Source: an uncultured Acidobacteriota bacterium (GTDB lineage: Bacteria; Acidobacteriota; Vicinamibacteria; Vicinamibacterales; CAVVIG01). Taken from it: 64,000 nucleotides of DNA. The notes beneath the pieces are model-generated. The model was not told where the DNA came from, did no database searches, and saw only the letters and a list, made by a program, of their open reading frames with translations. The translations under genes and the position numbers were made by a program. Position 1 is the first letter of the stretch. Each line of letters begins with the position of its first letter. Of this stretch, positions 11,421 through 20,872 are shown piece by piece. The stretch lies in assembly GCA_963745495.1 (NCBI GenBank), contig CAVUXJ010000004.1:299985-363984 (forward strand), written 5' to 3'.

Positions 11421-13605
11421 ATGGAAATCGCCACGCCGCTCGGCGACGACGTGCTGCTGTTCCACGGCATGCACGCGCGCGAGGAGATGGGCCGGCTGGG
11501 CGAGTACCAGCTCGATCTGCTCAGCCTCGAAGAAGGACATCAACCTCGACGACATTCTCGGCAAGAACGTGACCGTGAAGCTCGCGCTGCCCGACGACAG
11601 CACGCGCTACTTCAACGGCTTCGTGACGCGCTTTTCGGCAGGGCGGCGAGCTACGGCCGCTATCACCGCTATTTCGCGGTCGTCCGCCCGTGGCTCTGGT
11701 TTCTGACGCGGACGACCGACTGCCGGATCTTCCAGGAGATGACCGTGCCGGACATCGTCAAGAAGGTGTTCGGCGATCGAGCCGACGGCCGATTTCAAGT
11801 TCGAGCTGACGGGCACCTACCGGAAGTGGACCTACTGCGTGCAGTACCGGGAGACCGACTTCAACTTCGTCAGCCGGCTGATGGAGGAGGAAGGCATCTC
11901 CTACTACGTCAAGCACACGGACGGCCACAACACGGTGGTGCTCACCGATTCCACGGGCAAGCACACGGCGACTCCCGGCTACGAAACGATCCCGTTCATC
12001 TCTCCCGAGCAGGTCGTGAGGCCGGAGCTCGAGCACATCAGCAGCTGGGACTTCTCGCGCGAGATCCAGCCGGGCGTCTACGTGCACGACGACTACGATC
12101 TCGAGCGGCCGAGCGTCGAGCTGCAAGACGCGGAAGGTGCTGCCGCGCAGCTACGCGCCGAGCGACTACGAGGTCTACGACTATCCCGGGCACTATCTGC
12201 AGAAGGCGGACGGCGAGCAGTACGCGGCGGTGCGCATCGACGAGCTCGGCAGCCAGTTCGAGACCGCGCAGGCGGTCACCAACGCCAAGGGGATCTGCGG
12301 TCGGATCGCTGTTCACGCTCGAGGACTGCCCGCGCGAGGATCAGAACCGCGAGCACCTGATTCTGGCGGCGAGCTACGACCTGGAGTTCAGCGACTACGA
12401 AGCGATGCCGGAGGGCGCCGGCACGAGCTACCGGTGCAGCTTCGTCGCGATGTCGAGCCAGCAGCAGTTCCGGCCGAGGCGCGCCACGCCCAAGCCGTTC
12501 GTGCAGGGGCCGCAGACCGCGGTGGTCGTCGGCCCGGCCGGCGACGAGATCTACACCGACAAGTACGGGCGCGTGAAGGTGCAGTTCCACTGGGATCGGT
12601 ACGGCAAGAAGGACGAGAACAGCTCGTGCTGGATCCGCGTGTCGCAGCCGTGGGCCGGCAAGGGCTGGGGCTCGGTCTCGACGCCGCGCATCGGCCAGGA
12701 GGTGATCGTCGATTTCCTCGAAGGCGATCCCGATCAGCCGATCATCACCGGCCGCGTGCTACAACGCCGAGAACCAGCCGCCGTTCGGGTTCCCGGCGGG
12801 CGCGGTGCTGAGCGGGGTCAAGTCGAACACGCACAAGGGCAGCGGCAACAACGAGCTGTCGATGGACGACACGGCCGGGAAGGAGAAGGTCATCATCCAC
12901 GGCCAGTACAACATGGACACGACAGTCGAGAACAATCAGACCAATTCGGTTGGCGTGGATCAGTCGAACAGCGTGGGTTCGAATCAGAAGGAGGATGTCG
13001 GCGCCAAACGAGAGATCAGCATCGGCGCCGACGACAAGGTGACGATCGGAGCGAACCGCGAAACCTCCATCGGCGCCAAGCACACGGTGTCGGTCGGTGG
13101 CGACGAGAAGGTGACTGTCAGCGGCAGCCGCGACGCGACAGTGGCAGGCAAGGAAGACGTGTCGATCAGCGGCAAGAGCAGCCTGCAGGTCGGGGCCAGC
13201 CGCACGGAAACAATAGCCGGCCCTCACACGATCGTGAATCCGCGGATGACAATCACGTCGGCCACACAGTTCACCGTTGCCGCCGGGGCGAACTTCACCG
13301 CAACGTCCCCCAAGGTCAACCTCCTGGCTGGTTCGACGTTCCTCGCGAACTCGGGCGGCAAGATGGACGTGAAATCGGCCGCAGGGCTCACCCAGCAATC
13401 GGGCGCGGCGATGAACATCAACGCCGGCGCGGCCCTCAACGCTCAATCGAAGGCCGCGATGAACCTGAAGTCGGGCGCCGCTTTAAAGGCACAGGCTGGT
13501 GGGGCGATGAACCTCAAAGCGGGGGGCACGATTACTGGAAAGGGATCGTCCATCAAGTTGAACTCGCCCACCAACATCAAGGGCACGACCCTTACCGTCA
13601 AATGA
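11421..13605 (+). CDS. vgrG: VgrG (TssI) spike protein, about 6-7 apparent frameshifts in the first 1.4 kb
   Basis: MEIATPLGDDVLLFHGMHAREEMGRLGEYQLDLLS, YFNGFVTRF, CVQYRETDFNFVSRLMEEEGISYYV, GRVKVQFHWDRYGKKDENSSCWIRVSQPWAGKGWG..PRIGQEVIVDFLEGDPDQPIITGRV, then a long gp5-like beta-helix repeat region ending in TLTVK. Confidence 0.9.
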
Positions 13606-15538
13606 AGGGTTTCACCCGCGACGACGTCATTGCGGCCTACCGTGCCGGAGCTCCACTCGATGGGCACATCCTGACCGATATTGTGCTGCGGAGCACCTCG
13701 CTACGCGGACTGAGGATGCGGGATACGGTCTGGCACCAGGTCGATCTGGCAGGGGCCGACCTGTCGGCGACGGATCTGTCTGGCGCTCGGTTTGTCGGGT
13801 GCAATCTACAGGGCGCGGTCCTTCAGCGTGCAACCCTGAAAGGGTGCCAGCTGCAGGAATGTGCGTGCGCCGCGACGAAATGGGAAGACGCGAGCCTCCG
13901 CGGTACGACGTTGGTCGGCTGTGCCTTCGACGATGCAGCTTTCACGAAGCTGCACCTCGAACAGTGTCATTGGTTGTCGTGCAGTTGTCAGGGTGCACAG
14001 TTCTCCGACAGCACGTTCATAGACGCCGTCTTCGAGGCGACGACGCTCGGTGACGTGCAGTTCGAACGATGCGCCATGCGTGGCGTGCGATTCGCGGACT
14101 GCGCGTTTCCCGGTACCTCGTTCGCAACGGTGCATCTGGACAGCAGTCGCTTCGACGGGTGCGCGTTCGACTCCGCCGGTTTTCGGCTTTGTACGGCGAC
14201 GAGCTGCGCGTTCGGAGACTGCCGGTTTGCCGAAGCCGATTTGTCAGGGCTTCACGGAGAGACTTCCACATTTTCCGGTTCCAGCTTCGTCGCCGTGAGA
14301 GCGCTGCCACAGGATCTCAGGGGAAACGTGTTTGGCGGCGTCGATCTCACCGGAGTTGATCTCTCAGGAAAAAACCTCGAGGGCGTGGATCTATCCGAGG
14401 CGGACCTGACGGAAGCGAGGCTCAACGGCGCGAACATGGAGGGGACCAACCTCTCGCCGCGTGCCTTGCTCGTGTTGACCTTTCGGATGCGAACTGCCGT
14501 CAGGCGATGATGGCAGACGCCAACCTGGATGGCGCGGTGCTCAGCAGCACGGACCTGAGCGGGGCGGTACTGGCGAACTCGACCCTTCCGATCTCCCGCC
14601 TCGCAGACGCGCTTCTGGTCGGAAGCGATCTCTCAGGAACTGATATGACGGGGGCGAAGCTGGTCGATCACGACCTGTCGGGGTGCCAGTTTGCCGGAGC
14701 CGTCGTGACGGACGCGGACCTGTCTGGAACCGACCTGAGGGATGCCGATTTCACAGACGCCAAGCTGCGAGGTGTGAATTGTTTCCGCGCGAAGTTTCGC
14801 GACGCGATCTTGTCCGGCGCAGATTGCACGAAGGCGAACTTTGCTGAGGCCCACTTCGCAAGCAGTTATCTGGACGGCGCTCTGTTAGCCGACGCCAACT
14901 TGCAGCAGGCGACGTTCGTGGAGACCGTCTTGGACGGTGTCGACCTGCGGACCGCCGCTTTTGGGAAGACCAGCTTTGAATCGTGCAGCGTGTCGGATGG
15001 CCGGCTGGATGGCGCGGATGTATCCGACTGCAGTTTTCTGGATAGTGATTTTTCGAGATGCAGCCTCGTCGGAGCTGTGCTGGACAGGGCGTCGTTGGCG
15101 GGTTGCGACTTCACGGGGGCTATGCTCACGGATGCGCACTTGAACAACGTGAAGGCACCCGCTGCGCGTTTCGTTGGTTGTCGGGCCGAACGTGCGATAT
15201 TTCGCCAGGCCGAGTTGCCGTCCGCGCAATTTATCGAGTCTCGTCTGGATGGAGCGGATTTTTCCGGCGCGGACCTTCGGCAAGCGATCTTCAGCGGAGC
15301 CGTCGCACGGCGCGCGCGATTCCGCGGATGTCGGCTCGACTACGCGCAAATCACGCATGCGAACATCGACCAGGCCGACTTCAGCGACGGTAATTTGTCG
15401 TGGACGGACTTCCACGGCACGCAGGGAACGCAGGTGAACTGGACCGGCGCCAGGCTCGATGATGTCCGCCCTGTCGATCCTGACCGCCTCGCAGCCGAGC
15501 AATGGAAAGCAGGAGAGCCCCCCACATGGAGTTCGTGA
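13602..15538 (+). CDS. Long pentapeptide-repeat protein. The ORF track splits it into 13602..14510 and 14507..15538; I read it as one gene with a 1-nt deletion near 14455.
   Basis: The start ATG overlaps the vgrG stop (ATGA). The A(D/N)LxG five-residue periodicity runs without a break across the junction only if the frame shifts at about 14455 (ANMEG TNLSA ACLAR VDLSD ANCRQ AMMAD ANLDG AVLSS). The frame-0 tail SPRALLVLTFRMRTAVRR loses the periodicity. Confidence 0.75.
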
Positions 15539-17740
15539 ATGAAAGTGGGCTGGAGGCGGCCTGGATCGTCGGCAAGATCAATCCACCGCGCTTCTCACTC
15601 ACTGCCATTGTCAAAGGTACGTTTCTCTTACGGCCTGGCGAAACGGCGATGCTCGCCGAAGAACAGCTCCCGCTGACGGGAGACAAGTTCGAGGCCGACG
15701 ACCTGTCCAAGCCTCTGCGCTACCCCGCGGATTTCGCGCCGTTCAAACCGCGTGCGGACGCGTTGCTCGTCGGGACCTGCCACGTGCCGGAAGGCAACCC
15801 CCTGACAGTCGCGCGAGTGACCTTTCAGATCGGGCCGCGGGCGAAGTCGCTAGTCGTGTACGGTGATCGTGAGTGGACGGCCGGGGGCCTCGCGACGGAT
15901 CCCGCGCCGTTTACTGTCCTTCCACTGTCGTGGGAACGAGCGTACGGCGGCGCGGCGTTCGAGCGAAACCCTTTGGGCAGGGGCTTCGAACTATCGGTTG
16001 GCGGGGCTGCAATCGACGGGCATCCACTACCCAACGTCGAATTCTCCGGCCGTCCATTGCGGTTGCCGGCCGACAGGGTGGAGCCTGCCGGATTCAATCC
16101 TATTCCTGACAGCTGGCCCCAGCGGGCGCAGAAGTTCGGAACCTTCGACGATCGATACCTGAAGGAGCGGTGGCCATGGGCACCCGGGAATATTGACTGG
16201 GGCTTTTTCAACGCTGCGCCGGTGGACCAGCAGATCGAAGGGTACCTCCGTGGCGATGAAGAGTTGTACATGGAGAATCTTCATCCGACGACGCAGCACT
16301 ACAGAAGCCGCCTGCCAGGGCTTCGAGTGCGCTGCTTCCTGAACGAGTTGGTTCGGGACCGCTACGGGTTGCGCGAAATCCCGATGCGCCTGGACACGTC
16401 GTGGGTCGACATGGATGCTGAGACGCTGGTGCTGGTCTGGCGCGGCGTTGTCGACCTGCGCAGCCGTAACCTCATCGGGATCGAGCATTTCTTCGTGCTC
16501 ACGGAGCCTCTGGAGCGGTTGCCTAACAACGTGAAGCAGTGTGCGCAGCTTCTGGAGGGGGCGCTCGCACGCCGCGAAATGCAGGACGACGAGCTCGAGG
16601 CAGAGGAACCGGAGGAGCTCGTGGACGCGGACGAAGCCCAGGACCAAGATGAAGAGCCCGCAGCGGAGTCGGCGTCTGCGTCACCCGCCGGTGATGGTGC
16701 AACCCTGAGCAGCGATGCGGCCTCTGACGCCGACCCTTCCAGCGATGCCGAGGCAAGTCTACCCGACGCAACTCCACCCGACGACGAGCCTTTGAACGCA
16801 ACGCCACTGGACGAAGCGCCGCTCACGGCGGAACGCGTGCGGGAACTGGCTGCCCAGCACGCGAGCTTCGCCGGCTGCGACCTGAGCGGTCTCGCGCTGG
16901 CCGGTGTCGACCTCAGAGGTCTGGATTTGCGGGAAGCGATACTGGTGAACGCGACCCTCGTGGGCGCGAATCTCTCCGGGGCCGACCTGACCGGATCTGT
17001 TCTCACCGGCGCGAACCTGCGAGGCGCCACCTGTACGGAAACAATCTTCGCCGCAGCCGACCTCACCGAAACGTGGTGGACCGGGGCCGATCTTTCCGCC
17101 GCGGTCCTCGTGGGCGCGAATCTCGACGAAGGCGAGGCTGCGGCTGGCCCGGATGGCTGGCGTGAAAGCGGCGGAAGCCGTCTTCGTCGAGGCGGACCTA
17201 TCGGACGCGATGTTAGTCGGCGCGAACCTCAGCGCGGCTGACTTGTCCGACGCCTGCCTCCACCGAACCGATTTTTCACGGGCCAATCTGTCGGAGGCTG
17301 CCCTCGAGAACGCGTGGGGCCGGCATGTCAGGGCATCGGCGCCACATTGATGAAGGTTCGCGGCGCAGAGGCGCTGATGTGCCAGGCCGACTTCCGGGAC
17401 AGCGCCGGCGACGAGTCGGTCTGGGAATCCGCTCAACTCTTCGGTGCGAGGTTCAGCGGCTCGAGACTGAATGGCGCGGAGTTCTCGGGTGCGTATCTCG
17501 CCAATACGCCCGTTCGACGCGTCGGAGTTGAAGGGCGCTCGTTTGAACGAAGCGAAACTCCGCGGTGCGCAGATGCGCCGGTGCAATTTTCTTGAGGCAT
17601 CGTTGGACGAAGCCGACCTGACGGACGCAACCTTCAGAGAGTCGAATCTTTTCGGAGCCACGCTCGTGGACGCGGTGCGCGACGGAACGCGCTTCACCGG
17701 TGCGAATCTGCGTCGGATCAAGAGCAGGGAGGACGCACAG
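15526..17740 (+). CDS. DUF2169-family protein with an acidic linker and a C-terminal pentapeptide-repeat domain, about 4 apparent frameshifts. The 3' end is not resolved.
   Basis: MEFVNESGLEAAWIVGKINPPRFSLTAIVKGTF...PLSWERAYGG...NPLG...WRGVVDL matches my memory of DUF2169. Next comes a D/E-rich linker, then repeats (CDLSGLALAGVDLRGLDLREAILVNATLVGANLSGADLTG...) followed through the frames of ORFs 15502, 17153, 17314 and 17471. Confidence 0.7.
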
Positions 17741-17744
17741 ACGA

Positions 17745-18290
17745 TCGTCGAGCCGTCAGGATACCTGGGGTCGGCCAGAGTGCTGGCGGCCGGCGACATC
17801 AGGTCATGTTCAGGTCGCGATGGCAGGCGACGGCGTCATGTGGGCGCGGATGGCGATGGCCGTGCCCTACAAGCCCGAGCCAGGAGACGAGGTGCTGGTG
17901 ATTTGCAACGAACCGCCCCATGCGTATGTCATTGGTGTTCTGCAGGGTCACGGCACAACGACGCTGCAGGTCCCCGCCGACCTGCGCTTCGAGGCCCCGC
18001 GAGGCGAGGTGCACATTCTCGCCGGCAAGGCCATCCAGATGCGGAGCGACAGTGGCGCTGGAGCTGGATGCGCCGCGCGGACGTTCCGATTCGTCTCGGC
18101 TGAACCTGCTGGTCACGACGCTCGTGCAGCGCCTGACCAACGCGTTCACCTGGGCAACAGGCCTCGTTCAGTGCAAGAGCGGGCGGTTGCGCGGATCGCC
18201 GAGGAAAGCTGGTTCGTGCGCGCGGGGCGCGCCCACGTGAGAACGACAGATAACATCCATATCACCGGAAAGACCCTTCACCTGGGGTGA
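17745..18290 (+). CDS. DUF3540-like protein, 2-3 apparent frameshifts; the start is uncertain
   Basis: YLGSARVLAAGD..VQVAMAGDGVMWARMAMAVPYKPEPGDEVLVICNEPPHAYVIGVLQG...HITGKTLHLG resembles the small proteins found between DUF2169 and DUF4150 genes in vgrG islands. The family assignment is from memory. Confidence 0.5.
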   Translation, partial: SSSRQDTWGRPECWRPATSGHVQVAMAGDGVMWARMAMAVPYKPEPGDEVLVICNEPPHAYVIGVLQGHGTTTLQVPADLRFEAPRGEVHILAGKAIQMRSDSGAGAGCAARTFRFVSAEPAGHDARAAPDQRVHLGNRPRSVQERAVARIAEESWFVRAGRAHVRTTDNIHITGKTLHLG

Positions 18291-18293
18291 GCC

Positions 18294-18672
18294 ATGTTCG
18301 AGGTTGCGAGCAACGTCTTCCGGCGGTCAGTGCCTTACCACGGGGCCGACCGATTTCTGCAAGACGCCGACTCCGGGCGGCCCGGTACCGATGCCGTACC
18401 CGAACATCGCGAAGACCGGCGACGGCCGGGGTTCGACGAAGGTGAAGGTCAAGTGCAAGCAGGCGCTGCGAAAGGGAGACAAGATCTTGATGTCTTCCGG
18501 CGACGAGGTGGGCGTGGCGATGGGCGCCGTTTCCAGCAAGATCAAGGGCCCCGCCGAGTTCATGTTGGGGTCGCCGTTCGTCAAGGTCGAGGGCAAGATG
18601 TGGGCCCATCACACGGTGCCGATGAAACAAAACGATGGGAATACGGTGGGCGTCCACATGGCCCCGTGTTGA
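18294..18672 (+). CDS. PAAR-like DUF4150 spike-tip protein. Either ATG 18294 plus a frameshift near 18322, or TTG 18304. The C-terminus may extend beyond 18672.
   Basis: GPTDFCKTPTPGGPVPMPYPNIAKTGDGRGSTKVKVKCKQALRKGDKILMSSGDEVGVAMGAVSSKIKGPAEFMLGSPFVKVEGKMWAHHTVPMKQNDGNTVG is the DUF4150 signature (CKTP.P.GP.P.PYPN ... SSGDE.G ... VK.EGK). Confidence 0.8.
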
Positions 18673-18702
18673 TGGTCGACCCTGACGTGAAACGGACCGA
18701 CA

Positions 18703-19314
18703 GTGGTCGTTAAAACGAAACCCGCTGCCAAGTCAGCCCGCGGATCGGCGGCTGCAAAGAAGGCGAAGGCTCGCAAGAAGAAAGCCGGAGGGGGGCGCCG
18801 GCCCAAGAAGCGCAAGGCTCCGAAGAAGCCGAGGAAGCAGAAGAAGAAGCACAAGTGTGGTGATAGCGGCAGCTATGGCCACATGAAAGATAACTACAAG
18901 GCCGATGGGAAAGAACGCGACCACGTTCCGTCGTGCGCAGCTCTCATCCACAATGCCAGGAACAATGTACTCCCCAGGGGCACAGAGCTCTGCCCCGCCC
19001 AGGAAAACGCCATCGTGCGAGCTGCGTCGGCCTGCGTCATTCCGAAACCCGTTCACGACAACTACAGTCCCACCCACTCGCACAAGAACAACGTAAAAGA
19101 CCCCCGTACAGGCAGGACACGAGCCCAAAGAGATGGCAACAACAAGAAGAAGGCCGCGAAACGAGATACGGACGCCATCAAGAAAGGCTTGAAAGACAAG
19201 AAGGCGAGCAAGCGGTGCCAGAAGAAGTACGCCGCCTGGGCCGAGAAAATCAAGGAACGGGATCAGAGCTGGTACGAAGGAATGATTAAGAAGGCGGTAA
19301 ACAAGGCAACGTGA
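18703..19314 (+). CDS. Highly basic (Lys/Arg-rich) putative T6SS toxin with an H-N-H/EndoVII-like motif. It may be the detached C-terminal domain of the PAAR-like protein.
   Basis: GTG start 31 nt after the PAAR stop, in the same frame. About 50 N-terminal residues are AKKAKARKKKAGGGRRPKKRKAPKKPRKQKKKHK-type. The core ERDHVPSCAALIHNARNN...ACVIPKPVHDNYSPTHSH resembles the HH-x2-P ... V-x-P-K-x-H ... H layout of colicin-type DNases. This is motif-level evidence only. Confidence 0.55.
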   Translation: MVVKTKPAAKSARGSAAAKKAKARKKKAGGGRRPKKRKAPKKPRKQKKKHKCGDSGSYGHMKDNYKADGKERDHVPSCAALIHNARNNVLPRGTELCPAQENAIVRAASACVIPKPVHDNYSPTHSHKNNVKDPRTGRTRAQRDGNNKKKAAKRDTDAIKKGLKDKKASKRCQKKYAAWAEKIKERDQSWYEGMIKKAVNKAT

Positions 19315-19338
19315 GGAATCGAGCGGAGCTGTGGTGAC

Positions 19339-19815
19339 ATGAGCGGCAATGAATTCATCACATTACTCGGATTGACCTGGGACGATGACGAGGTGCAGCG
19401 ATTTCTCGCGAAGTATGGCCTTGCGAAGAAGAAACCGAAGCTCAGCCCGTACAGCGGCGCCGGTTATCTTACGAACAAGAGGTTGGGCTTGGACATTACG
19501 TTCAGGGATGAGCAGGATGTCCCGGTGAAGTCAAAGGACTACGACGAGGGCACCCTTGTCCTGACGAACATCCGCATGTACGGTGAAGGAAGCACCCAGG
19601 GGTATGAACCGTTCGACGGCGAATTTCCCCATGGACTGAAAGGGAATTTCGGACTGAAGGAAGTCCAGGCTCGCCTCGGCAAACCCGCAGAGGCGAAGAA
19701 AGACGTCGCAATGGCGCGGTGGGACCTCAAGGGTCACGCGGTGTTCATCAACTTCGATAAGGACCATAAGCTGATCCGTTCGGCTGCGGTTCAGTTGCCG
19801 GTGGCCGCCAAGTAA
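19339..19815 (+). CDS. Hypothetical cytoplasmic protein, candidate immunity protein (module copy 1)
   Basis: Intact 158-aa ORF, 25 nt after the putative toxin, with no signal peptide. It shares a module with the next gene (FITLLGLTWDDDEVQRFL ... GLDITF ... GEFPHGLKGNFGLKEVQARLGKP ... HAVFINF). Confidence 0.6.
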   Translation: MSGNEFITLLGLTWDDDEVQRFLAKYGLAKKKPKLSPYSGAGYLTNKRLGLDITFRDEQDVPVKSKDYDEGTLVLTNIRMYGEGSTQGYEPFDGEFPHGLKGNFGLKEVQARLGKPAEAKKDVAMARWDLKGHAVFINFDKDHKLIRSAAVQLPVAAK

Positions 19816-19846
19816 GCCGTGTCATTCATCTTTGTGAAGGATTAGC

Positions 19847-20855
19847 GTGGCTGTGGATGCCGATCGACTTCTTCCTCTGTTGGGCCGCCGGAGCGACGAG
19901 CCGGAGGTGGAGGCCGCCTTCGTCGAATTGCGAACACGCCGGCGGCCGGAGCTGGATCCGGAGGATCCCGACGCGCTTCGCGACTGGGTCCTGGTGCGAC
20001 GGCAAGGGGTTGAGCTGGGGTTCATCGACGAGGCGTACTTCAACGCAGACAAGGAATGGAAACGTCGCCGGGAATTGACCGCGTTGCTCTTGTATCAGGT
20101 GTATTTCTACACGGCGGACGCGGAGCTACAAATAACGCAGTTCACGGGCAGGCTGCCATTTGGTCTCGAATGGTCGGACGATCGAAAGGAAGTGAGGCGG
20201 AAGCTTCAATCGTATGAACCGTTCCGTCGCTCGTACCGGCGGGATGCGTGGCAGCTGCCGCAGTTCGCGATATCGGTCACCTACAAGAACGCAAACCGGG
20301 CCGTGGACAGCGTCATATGTCAGAGCGACCTCAAGCCATGGCCTGAAGAGGGCCGGGCGCAACCTGCCCTGTCGGTAAGGGGACTGGGTCGAGATCCTGG
20401 GGCTTCCGGCAACCTCGGCTGACCTCCGCCGGCGGATTCAACCGCTCGACCTCGCTAACAGAATCGCGGACGATGAGGATGACGAGGAGGTCAACTTCCG
20501 ATACGAGTGCGGAGTGGAGCTGGTGTTTACGGAGGCGAGCAATTTGAAAGGTGCTTACCGGACGCGGCTGGGACGAAGAGTCCGGACACTCTCGTGCTTG
20601 GTGCCGTTCGGTTCTTTCGTTCGCGGGGCCTTGACGCCAGGCAATGGACTGGGGAGTTGCCGTTCGGGCTGGCGTTCGACGACAGCCAGCGCGCCGCGCA
20701 GGTCGAAGATCCGGCGCAAACCTGACGAGCATAAAGACGAGGGTTTGGACGGGTACCTCGAGTGGCGCTTTCCGGAGTACAGCCTTCATGTTCTATACGA
20801 CAACATGAAGAATCGCCTGCTTCGGATTACGATCATGGCTCCCGGGTTCGATTAG
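19847..20855 (+). CDS. Hypothetical protein made of two further copies of the same ~160-aa module, about 3 apparent frameshifts
   Basis: Copy 2: LLPLLGRRSDEPEVEAAF...GVELGF...FTGRLPFGLEWSDDRKEVRRKL...FAISVTY. Copy 3 runs through the frames of ORFs 20514 and 20507: WVEILGLPATSADLRR...GVELVF...WTGELPFGLAFDDSQRAAQV...YSLHVLYDNMKNRLLRITIMAP. Confidence 0.5.
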
Positions 20856-20872
20856 TTGCGTGGCCCGGACCT

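Noticed and set aside
8573-14510. ORFs 8573..11404 (943 aa) and 10884..14510 (1,208 aa) as single genes
   Set aside because: Each is a chimera. It is in-frame with real coding sequence only for segments (clpV middle part and TPR-MTase pieces; MTase piece, vgrG pieces and the pentapeptide gene). Elsewhere it is RRxRR-type nonsense.
1-18672. Interpretation of the T6SS as a decaying, pseudogenised locus
   Set aside because: The frame disruptions are just as frequent in uvrA, hom, cobA, the sulfite reductase gene and other housekeeping genes, so technical indels explain them better. This cannot be excluded without accurate reads.
18733-19289. Alternative ORFs over the putative effector (minus 18733..19128; plus 18905..19096 and 18933..19289)
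   Set aside because: They cover only parts of the interval and lack sensible starts relative to the PAAR gene. Their products are Arg/Gln-rich or hydrophobic nonsense. The chosen frame spans the whole gap between the PAAR-like and immunity-like genes and contains the DH...H...H motif.
20820-20860. GGGTTCGATT sequence resembling a tRNA T-arm
   Set aside because: No acceptor, D or anticodon arms can be drawn around it. It lies at the 3' end of the coding frame of the module-repeat gene.
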